Positions 53,281-64,000 of a DNA stretch of 64,000 bases are shown here, piece by piece (within the stretch, counting starts at the first letter, position 1; each line of letters opens with the position of its first letter). The notes under the pieces were generated by a model, which saw only the letters and a list, made by a program, of their open reading frames with translations, was not told the DNA's origin and searched no databases. The DNA is from Eledone cirrhosa. Lineage: Eukaryota. Location: the NCBI GenBank assembly GCA_964016885.1, contig OZ024740.1:397234001-397298000 (forward strand), read 5' to 3'. Made by a program: the position numbers and the translations under genes.

Positions 53281-54253
53281 TTAACAAGTTTTCTATTGTT
53301 GTTAAAGATTCTATCAACAACAGTATTACAATCTATAAATCATGGTACAGATAAAGCTGTCAGCTCATATAAGATGAAAACATAGTACTGCATGCTGATG
53401 AACAGGTTTCAAATTAGCCATACGTATTATTTTGATGACATCTGAATTTAGACTAATAAATTGAAGCAGGAAGTATTTACTTTCCAATGTTTTTATTCTT
53501 AGTGTTTCCCTTTCCCATAACTTCCTCAATGTCAGTTATTATGTCACTTTGGTATAATTGTTATACCAACATACATAAAATGACAAATTTCACATTTGAG
53601 TGGTCTCATTCTCTCTAATATACACCACAAATAAACCAAACTCCCACTGTCACTGCCTCTGTCTCCCCTGTTCTCCCCATCTCTCACTATTGTGAGCAAA
53701 TGGGGACCCAGGTGTTGGCCACCCCACAGCCCTAGTGAACAGAAATGAAACTTGAGCATAGAAAATAAAATATGTCTTGTTAAGAAAATAGGAAGAAAAA
53801 TTTTTATAAATTTCAAGTAGTTTATCTAAATTTTATTCTAAAATATATGCAACACTAACTCATCAATTCATTCATACATAAACCAATAGGATATGATTTG
53901 AGAGTGGTTGGGTTGTTATTTCTATCAAGTGACAGATATCATGTAAAGTCTCTCCTTCTATTGATTCATACTAAAATATTTACATATGAAAGACAGTAAG
54001 GTGTTATTTGAAGGTGTTACCACTATTATATCTGTCAAGTATAGCTACTCTATAGAAGGTTCCATCATTGACAAAAATATACATATGTACATAAATAAGA
54101 TAGTTGCTTGTGCTTTGAAGGAGATTTGGCTGCTATTTCTATCAGGCTTAGCTGCAATGGAGAGGCCTTCTTTTTGGGGTTCAAATACATATACCCACAC
54201 ACACTCACACACATGCATGCATGCATGCATACATGCATACATGCATACATACA

Positions 54254-54408
54254 TGGTGGCTGCCAACTCGTTTTCGAGTACGGCCACTACTTTATATCCC
54301 TGTAGGAGAACCCCTACTGATGCACTGAATGAGTGTGACTTTTTAGTCCAGCCAGCGACTTGAAAACTCTGGTACAAACACTACACTTGTGACAATTACT
54401 GACACATA
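54254..54408 (-). mobile_element. RTE-derived retroposon, 3' fragment
   Basis: Matches 4905-5059. Confidence 0.85.
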
Positions 54409-54420
54409 CATACATACATA

Positions 54421-55108
54421 GCCCCGATAATAAACACATTAAAAGCTACGGCAATGTGGAAGACATACATATACATAATATGAAAGAGTACTAGTGGAAT
54501 GTTCCAGTAAAAACCCCAATAAAATGCAGGCATAACAGACCAGATATAATGATATGGGAAAGGGAAAAGAAGGCATGCACAGTAGTGGAAGTTAGCTGCC
54601 CAGCAGATGCCAATATAATATCAAAGATTAGCGAAAAGGAGAATATTTATGCAGAACTAATGAGAAATCTGCAGCTATTCCACCCTGATTATACCTTCAG
54701 ATTTATGCCTGTGATTATTGGGGCACTGGGATATGTTAGTAACTGTCTCAATACAAATCTTGAGAAGCTGGGCTTCACAGAAACAGAAAGAACACAACTA
54801 GTTAGGAAATTACAAGTACAATCCATTAATGGAACAGTAAAAATATGTAAAACATTCCAAACATTTTGCATCTAATAACTGCATATACACATGTACAGAT
54901 ACAAAGCATATACACATGCACACATACAACTCAAAACATACACATCCACACATACAATAACATCCATACCTACACATGCAGACATGCAGACATGCATACG
55001 TATCTACCTAGTTGATGTTGTGTAAGTTCCAATGAGAGAGTCTTGTAACTATGTTAGAAACTGACTCTCTCTATTGGCAAAAATTTGTGAAATTATAAAA
55101 CCAGAAGA
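54421..55108 (+). mobile_element. RLE-type (R4/Dong/NeSL-like) non-LTR retrotransposon 3' end
   Basis: HNRPDIMIW..VEVSCPAD..K..EKENIY..PVIIGALG is a restriction-like endonuclease signature. 3'UTR hairpin at 55029-55077. Confidence 0.85.
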
Positions 55109-55123
55109 ACATACATACTTACA

Positions 55124-55485
55124 TGGTGGCTGCCAACTCGTTTTCGAGTACGGCCACCACTTTATATCCATGTAGGAGAACCCCTACCGATGCACTCTGG
55201 TACAAACACTACACTTGTGATAATTATTGACACAGTGCTGGGCCCATAGTACCATGTGACAACAAGTGCAGAGCGATCTCCAGATATAAAGCAATGCCTG
55301 TGCCGTGAAGCTTTTATAGTGAGCAAAGGCACTGCACAAAGCCAGTCCCACTCTCTTAACCAAGATGATATTTACCAAAAAGAAGAACAAGTCAACATCA
55401 TTGGATACCATCAGAGTTGCAGGTGCTATATCAGAGTTTACCTTCTCCTAGAATTCTGCCTTGACGAAGGCTAAGGGGTCATCTC
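55124..55485 (-). mobile_element. RTE-derived retroposon, truncated copy with an internal deletion
   Basis: Matches 4905-5310 but lacks about 4974-5016. Flanked by (TACA)n. Confidence 0.85.
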
Positions 55486-55949
55486 ACATACATACATACA
55501 TACATACATACATACATACATACATACATACATACATACATACATACTTACATACATAGAGTGCCTCAATCTGTTCTTGCAGGATTATTGTGCAACCAAC
55601 ATCATAATGCCTGAGAAATCTGAGGGAAACAAGGAAGTGTGGAGCTGTAAAAAGCAGCTACTAATTAAGAAAATGATTCAAGAACAAACAGTGAAGAAGC
55701 CCAGAAACTTGACTGTACCATATGGGTGGATTATCAAGGTTTTATAGTTAGCCAAAGTCTCATAACCACTAGCAGCTGCTATCCAACACCTGGCCAAGAT
55801 TTGGTACACCCCTTTATCCCTTAAAATTACTACAAAGCAAATTGAGTATGATACCAGACACAACCAAAAAGACATATTGCAGAGTGACAATAAAACATGA
55901 AAAATTTGTGCCCTCCACTGAAAATCTAAAAGGGAAATGAACAGCTTGT

Positions 55950-56500
55950 TGATACAACCTATTCAATCAGATATCTTGGGTAGGATACGAATGTTAGATA
56001 TGATGGACCCATATATAAAGAGGACCAGGAACGAATACCTTAGGAGTGTAAAGAGAATATAGTTATCAGAACACTTACTATACAATAAGAACATTGCCCA
56101 TAATACTTTAGCTGTGCCTATCCTAACACCAACATTTAACCTGCTGAACTAGTCATTACAAGAACTGAATGAGATGGATGTAAGGACTCACAAGCTGATC
56201 AAACATCAATGATTACACAGGAATGGCTGGAGTCTAAAATCCATATCAACATGAGAACTGGATAATAACTCAGAAGCAACATCTTCAGCAGAAAAAAGTT
56301 TATGAACAAACAAAAAACAAAATTATTAGGAAACCTACTAATCTAGAGGGAAAACATGAAATGAAGTCTAACACAAATCTCTCTCCCTGGAACGTTGGGA
56401 AACTCTACTCAACGCTTAAACAAAATAAAAAAGACCAGTTCACTGAGAAGGTTGTATCTGGGTACTTGAGATGAAAAACACAGACCATAGAGGGATAAAC
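55950..56500 (+). mobile_element. Highly decayed R4/Dong-like RT remnant
   Basis: Fragments NK..AHNTLAVPILTPTF..ELNEMDVRTHKL resemble the post-RT region of RLE LINEs. Confidence 0.5.
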
Positions 56501-59500
56501 CACACTAAAAGCCTTGAACACAGAATATAAAGAGCCATAATTCTATGCTGCAAAGCATGTTGTCTGATGCTCTACTGATATTACCAATCCACAGACTACA
56601 TAATTGTTTCTACTTTTGGCACAAGGCCAGCAATTATCCCAGTGTATTACTGGTACTTTATTTTATCGACCTCGTAAGGATGAAAGGCAAAGTTAACCTC
56701 GGCGGGATTTGAACTCAGAATGGCAAGGGCCGTAACTCTGTGCGTATAATATTAGCTGATTGGCTTTTACAGTTTTCATCTACCAAATCCTTCTCACAGG
56801 ACTAAAGCAGAAGATACTTAATGAAGGTAGGAGCCATATAGTTGTGAAGTGATCTTCTTAACCACACAGCCATGCCTGTTTCATTTCTTGCTTTATGGTA
56901 CTCATCACTATTACATACAATACTGACAATGTCAAAAATGTGTATGTTGGAGGGAGAACATTTGATTGAATCAATCATAATTCATCATTATACTTGTTCC
57001 ATCATACACAGATGAAAGGCAAAAAATTGATGCCAACATGAATTGAACAGAAGGCTGGACATATGATGAAAATCATTTGGTTTAATGCTCTACTGTTTCT
57101 GCCCACACTACTTTCACTGCATACATTATCAATAGTATGCTGTATTTAATCTTAACTCTTTCTAACATAAAATGTGTAAGGCAGCACAAAAAATGGGTTT
57201 AGCAATAAAATGTGATAGTCTATAACCAACATATGAATGCATAGTAAAAAAAAAAAAAATAGCCGAAGTTTACTGGTACATACACAGAGTAGTAAAACCT
57301 AATCAGAACATTTCAGTATGAAGAATGCTCAAAGTTTAGTTCTAGTCACAAATAAAGACAGTGTACATTATAAACAAGATGTGTTTGTCAAAGCAAATAT
57401 TATGTATGGAATTTTTTTTTCTACATAACATTTATAGAGTATATGTACCAGCAAACTTTTGTATTCACAATCTATTTGGTTATATAATACCATATTTGGG
57501 GATCTAAATATATTTTTGTGCTGCCTTACATATTTTGTTTTTTGCTTTGCTTACACACTTTTTTAATTACTAGAATTTTTTTCCATATGCTGACGCATAT
57601 GTGTATATGTGTGAGCATGTGTGTATGTGGAAAATATACCACAGAATAAGAAATCAATTTGTTTGTAATATTTTTATAATCTCCGCTGATCATCTGCTAT
57701 TTCTTACATCAGAAGTAAAGAGAGAGGAGTAGTATGAAGTAGTCATAACAACAGTGGTAGCAGTACCCTGTTTTTGTTGTAAAGAGAGTAATATGAGTAG
57801 TAGTTTTTTTTCACCACTCCCTTCTTTCCTTTTACACACGCATACATTCACACAGGCAACAGGCATAAAGAGAGAGAAGTAGTTTGAGGTAGTCAAACTA
57901 CTCCCCTCTCTTTACATGTTGTGACAGAATTGCAGAAATTTATATATAGATTGTTTGAAAACATTTTATAAATAATATGTGGGAAATGTGAGAGATAGTA
58001 GCAGCCTCTGTTTTATCTTAATACTTTCTTACATAAGCAGAACTTTTATTAATTCCTAGTTTTCTCACTAAATTCTAAGAGATGTTTAAGAAACAAGAGT
58101 TTGTAACTATTTTATTCCACTTATTTGATAACAGAGCTAGTAGAAAGAGAAAAAAGTTTAGCCTTAATCATGTTAAAATTCTATTTACTGTTAGAATGTG
58201 TTATAGAAAAATTACATTAACCCTGCTATTTCATTTTATTAGAAGGATGAAAGTTAATATATTTTGGCATGAATATGGGTTGAAAAAGAAGCTAACTCAA
58301 TTAGACCAGGGGTTTCGTTTTATACAATGAGTACTGTATAATGAGAGATGTTATAATGAAAACATCAATAAAAAAAATTTGTTTAACTTATCATCTGTAT
58401 AATAAATGTGAAAGTGTGTTTGTCTTGAAATGATGTCACCATCAATGACATTCTCAATGAATATTCTCAAAAATATGGCACAAAGATTCAGATGTATCCC
58501 AGAATATGAATGGAAAAATTCTGACACCCATCGATTCAAGAGTAAAAAGGATGAATTTAAGAAAGGAGATGGAGAAAGACTGAAAATTCTAATGAAGAGA
58601 GAGTGCGAGAGTTAGAGAGGAGTGAAATATCTATTCTGAAATAGAATAGTCATTGTCTCTTTCAATCTCTTTAATTTCTCTTTCTCTCTCTCTCTCTCAC
58701 ACATGTAAATGTGTATATAAGGATTCATATGCTTTTATGTATTTGTGTGTGTGTGTGTGCACAGATATGTGCATTTAAAGGACTGTCAATTAATATATAC
58801 ATATCTAATTCTTTCTCTGCATAAAAATGTGTATATATGGATTCATCAAGTAAGGTATAATGTTACAGCGCAGATGGAAACTGAATACAAATACAGACCA
58901 CTGATCTATATTAATGAATCACATCTCTCCATATATACTTAATAATTTACAGCTTTAATTACATAGCTAGAAATCTAGCAGGAAATTTTTGACAGTATAT
59001 TACATCACCAATAAACCAAAAGGCATGTAATTAAACAACTGCTGGATTAATCACTGAAAACTACTGAGTATGATCAAATTTGATTAGAGTTAATGAAAAT
59101 CTAAACTTTACAAAATTTACAAAAGAACATTTTTGAAAGATTGTATTTCCAATTTGGGGAGATTTCTCTTCCAATATATAACTGCAGGCAATATTATCAA
59201 ATGCAACAGTATAGGGATGCCAATCAGATCTCTCTGTTATTTATTTATCTGAAGTCGAATTTTCACAAATCTGGATATCGATCTTCTTACTAACAACAAG
59301 GATTTCTAATTTTGGCACAAGGCCATCAATTTGGTGGGGGAAGGGAAAGTTAATTATATCGAACCCATTACTTGACTGTTACATTATTTTATCAACCTCA
59401 GAAGGATGAAATGTAAAGTTAATCTATGCAGAGCAAATACTACTACACATTTGTCTGACACTCTAATGATTCTGCCAGTCCACTGTCCTTGAACAATAGT

Positions 59501-59590
59501 AACAATGAGAGAATGTCTATGTGGTCACCAGCCTGCAGAAATAGTAACCACATTTCTTTCAAATCACATCCTACCATGTTTCTTCTTTAA

Positions 59591-59792
59591 CTCTTTAGCA
59601 TTTACATTACTCCATATATACTATTATATTTTCACATACTTATCTAGCATAATACCGAATCTATGAGATTTTGATATTATTTATTTTGAAAACAATACCT
59701 TAACATCAGTATGAGTGGCCAATTACAGCCAGTTTGAACAAAAAGAGGTGAGAGAATTCTGGCCAGATATGGCCGGTTTAAATGCTAAAGAG
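59591..59792. mobile_element. TTAA-flanked MITE (piggyBac-like) nested in a SINE-like repeat
   Basis: TTAA-ctctttagcattta...taaatgctaaagag-TTAA, with 14-bp TIRs. Confidence 0.8.
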
Positions 59793-61439
59793 TTAAAAAT
59801 GCAAGGTATGTTGGATAATCTAGTCCTAATGTACACTAGACCTGGAAATAAGATGAGAGTGTCATGGCTGGAATGCCTTTTATTATATCTACTCAGAGTT
59901 GATCAAGCTTAATAACAACAATATTCAATCAAATTCAGTAAAAGTACACATATTGAAAAACAAAACATGACAACATATGATAGCATGTGTATATTTTGAT
60001 TCAATGGAATTAGTGTAATGATATTTTGATATTAAAACTCTAAGCTGTTTACTCAAATTAGATCATCCTAAATGATAAAGGATAAATGTCTTCTCAAGTA
60101 ACAAGAGTTCATAAAATTAGTGATTAACTTCAGATTCAATATTGCCAAGTAGATGAGGTGGTGTGAGTGGTACTTGAAATCTAATATATTATCCATTCAG
60201 CCTCTTAACCTTGCGATAATCATAAATACTGAACTGAAAACACTATGAAATCAATATTACACATTTCTAATTTTATTCTCAATATTAATTACTATTAACT
60301 ACTTATCTGAAATATACAGGAATCAAAAACAATAAAGCAGAAATCCTAAACCCATTCTTAAATTGGAAACAGTATTTTATGTCGAACAACTAATTAGTAG
60401 TGTATTGATATTTCAGATTTTTTTTATCTAGCAACTCCTTATTTCATAAAGCTTTTTCAGTGATTTACAATTAATTATATAAATTATTTATCCAGTAGCA
60501 GGGAGTAATAGCCAAAGAAAAGTCCCATAACAAATTGACCCTAGAAATACTGGCTAATCAGTATTAAGATATGTTGGTCAACTCTGTATTTAAAAATTTA
60601 AATCAAAATCATCTCTACAACTAACACAAATCTCTTTTCCTAAATCTAAAACATACTATTTTTAATTTGAATTTAGTGGTGTAGTGCTTAAAGAAAGTGA
60701 GGGAGTGCATATTGAAAGTATTACTCAGTCTGTACTAGCAAGTGCAGAAAGACCATGCAACCGGTAATTCAAGGGCATTGTGAGCTCTAAGGATTTTTTA
60801 AAAATCAGACTGATTTTAGTGAAAGATGAAAAATGGTTGGTAGGATCTGACATCTACACAATATCAATGCCTGGCTGACCATTGCATAGATATAATCAAT
60901 CTAAGTTCTAAATTTCATAACAGCTATTTGACAATCCTTGTTTCAAACATCACTGCCACTTTTTGTAAAAACAAAATTGAAACAGTAAACGAAATGTTCT
61001 TATATTTTGTTCAGGGATTTATATATATATTTCTAATAATAAAACTGAACCCTGGTTAAAGGCAAATAGATAAACCATATGAAAATGAAAAAAATGGTTA
61101 ATTTCTTGATAGGATGCTGGCCTTTAAATCAGACTGAACAAGTAATCACATACATCACTGATTTTAATACCCTCTTTAGAGCTGGGACTCAAATTATTTT
61201 ACATAAAAATAATTATAATGACAAAAATCGCATTTTGCAGTATATGTCATATCTGGAAAAGAACACTGGTGGTTCCAGTGACAATATGATTTGGAGGTTA
61301 ATAGCATAGGTGGCACCACTGTTTTTACTCTTGTATGAAATATATGTTACCAATACCACCACCACCCCCATCCTTTATAAAGCATTGCATCATAAAGATT
61401 GACCTTTCTCTTCAGAGTCAGAAAATATTTCAGTTGCCA

Positions 61440-61835
61440 AAAACTACTAATACTTTACCTAGGATAGTGCTGTTGCTACATGTGCAGATATCCTAGACTG
61501 CAACCCCAAAAAGCCATCCAACTGATTGGTATTAAGTTGCTCTCCAACACACCACAATTTCTTGCCTACAGATGTGCTCTCTTCACATCAACTTTTCTTC
61601 TACTATGACAGTGGCCTCTGATCCTTGGAGTTGAATGATCACTTTCCACCTCTAGTCAGGCACTCCTGAGTCATTAGTCATGCTTCTTTTTGTCACCCAA
61701 ATTATATCCACCAATATCACCCAGGCACTAACCAGACTATCAGTCCTCAGAAATTACCTCCCTGTTTTTGTTTTTCCTTCAGCTGTCAACTTGCAGGCGT
61801 TGAAGAAGACTGTTATTCATGTTGACCCCATTAGT
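61440..61835 (+). mobile_element. Old Jockey/CR1-group LINE 3' remnant
   Basis: Degenerate RLSVLRNYLPVFVFP..NLQALKK (LWNxLP-like) end motif. Confidence 0.45.
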
Positions 61836-63397
61836 CTTGAAAGGCCTGTGAAGGCCATGGGTCACAGCTCCTTATTTCATACTAAACCATTAAAAAAGAG
61901 TAAGTGAAGTTTGAGGAAGATTTGGCTATTAATTCTAGCAGATAGATCACAGCGTAATGGCACCTTACCCTCTCACTGTTAGAATTGCTAAATGAAGAAA
62001 CAGTTAGAAAGTATTAAAGAAGTATATAGGTATATGTTTCTCAATAGAAAAGACATTCATTTGATCTCATACCTCTGTTGACTGAGCCATTAGGTTGCTA
62101 GCTTATGTACCAAAAGATTTATATTTCATACCTAACCAGCACTACATCATATCCAAGGTGAAAATATTTTATTATTGTTGGTCACATAGTATATAACTGT
62201 CAATTGTTTCCTTAGCTTGCAATCCTGATAATGGATAACATCTAGGATTCTTTATAGGAATATTAAATTGATGTCAATAGTTGATTGATATTTTAATTTA
62301 TTGACCCCAGATAGAGAAAAAGCAATGTTAACTGCCATGGTATTTGAACTCAGAAATAGAGGGCCATAACAAAATACTGCAATCATTCTGCCCAATGCTC
62401 AAATGATTCTGTCAATGCCTTGTTCGTATGTTCCATATTTTGGCATATTTTTTTAATGGCTTGATGCCCTTCCTAACACCAACCACTTTATATAGTGTAC
62501 TGGGTGCATTTTATCATGGTGCCTGTATTAGAGAAGTTGTCATTCATTTGGAAAGACTGAAAAGTCCTTTCTATTCTGTTTTCATGCAATTGATGACAAT
62601 TTTACAGAGTGCACTGGTTGCATTTTATCATGGTATCAACATTAGGGCATCTGCCAGCTCGTCAACGATACCAATGGGTCTTTGCTATCCTTTGTTCTTT
62701 CACTTCATTTGTCACTGACATAATTTCATTATGTGAGTCTTCACTTTCTTCAGTAATTTCCATAGAAATTTAACATGCAAATATCTAAAGAGAGGCACGT
62801 GCTGGATGGGATAGTATAAGGAAATATGGATAATAAACAAGATTAAAATAGCATATTGTTTTATTTTCTCCTTTACAAAACATAGGTGGTTGTTATGGTG
62901 GAGTAGGGGTGTTGGCAATGGTAATGGGGTAGGGGTAGTGGTGGAGTAGGGGTGTTGGTAGTTGGCGATGGTGGTATAAAAATGGATAGGGTAATCAGTG
63001 AAATGGTATGCTGTGCTGTAAATTATATTAATACTATCTGCTTTCACTTTGTGACAAATTGTTTTGTCTTTCCTTCAGCATGCATTGTCATCCTCATGGT
63101 CACCATCATAGATCTGCATTGCATGTTGATAATAGCAGTGTTCTCTCTTTCACAATGCTCTTGTTAGCCCGAGTCACTTTCATGGTGATTGATGTCCCGA
63201 GGGTTTGTATTACATATTTAAGTAAGATAAATGGCAGATAGGCAGAAATGTTTACTAAGAAAGATTAACTGGTCTGATTGGTTTTGTTTTACTTTCCACA
63301 CAAGCATATACACATAAACACTCACACACAGATACACACACACAGATACAGACAGACAGACACACACACACACACACAGATACAGACAGACAGACAG

Positions 63398-63430
<33 letters not shown>

Positions 63431-63513
63431 CGTCATATGAACTTTTAACTGATTACTGACACTTAGAAATATAATATGAATGCATGTAATCTTCTAGCAG
63501 GTGGGGATGTTAG

Positions 63514-64000
63514 TCATCATCATCATCATCATTTTCGTTTAACGTCCACTTTCCACGCTAGCATGGGTTAGACAGGAGTTGTCCCACTTGGGGCAAGGTT
63601 TGGTCGGGTGACTGTGTGTCACTCATATAGGACACTCTGGCAGGTTTTCTACGGCTAGATGCCCTTCCTAACACCAACCACATTTACAGTGTGGAACTGG
63701 GAACTTTTTACCGTGTTAACTACACGGCCACATTACAGTGTGGAGTGTGTGTGTTTTTGTCGTGACACCTACACGATCTCGATCTCATTTATCTCATTTA
63801 TCTGGACTGGATGTTGTGGTACCAACTTTATAGAGAGGGGGTGGTGTTGGTGGGAGTAGGAGGATAGGGTGGGGGTAGTGGATTGGGGTGTATATTTGGT
63901 TAAGAGGTGCCTACTAACTGTAGGTTTCGCTTTGTACATAGGTAAGGCGGGTCTTCTGTATTACTGCGTAGCGCCAAAGATCTCGGTTCAAAGACATTGT
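63514..64000 (-). mobile_element. RTE LINE 3' end (family of 16617-20603), running off the window
   Basis: The reverse complement matches 20178-20603 and 29605-29969; (GAT)n tail at 63514-63531. Confidence 0.92.

Overview
This is AT-rich, repeat-dominated eukaryotic (animal) DNA with no host protein-coding gene that I can support. The repeat content suggests an octopus-like cephalopod genome (inference): huge (TA)n/(TACA)n arrays, RTE LINEs with (GAT)n tails, and Nin/CORE-like SINEs. The window holds several RTE-clade LINEs (two full-length but disrupted, one 5'-truncated, one 5'-inverted) and Penelope-like (PLE) GIY-YIG fragments. It also holds mariner, hAT, CR1 and RLE-type LINE remnants, a non-autonomous Helitron, TTAA-flanked MITEs, and a microsatellite-embedded non-autonomous RTE derivative in 4 copies. 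The most notable unannotated signal is a set of six type I hammerhead-ribozyme folds from five sequence families (1229-1383, 6732-6778, 9371-9451, 11123-11196, 11466-11508, 30626-30666). Each lies about 40-190 nt upstream of a (TA)n tract, four have palindromic or near-palindromic stem III, three have a long stem II, and two are physically linked to PLE sequence. The long Y/I/M/C/V-rich ORFs in the track are microsatellite artefacts. All folds and alignments were done by eye.
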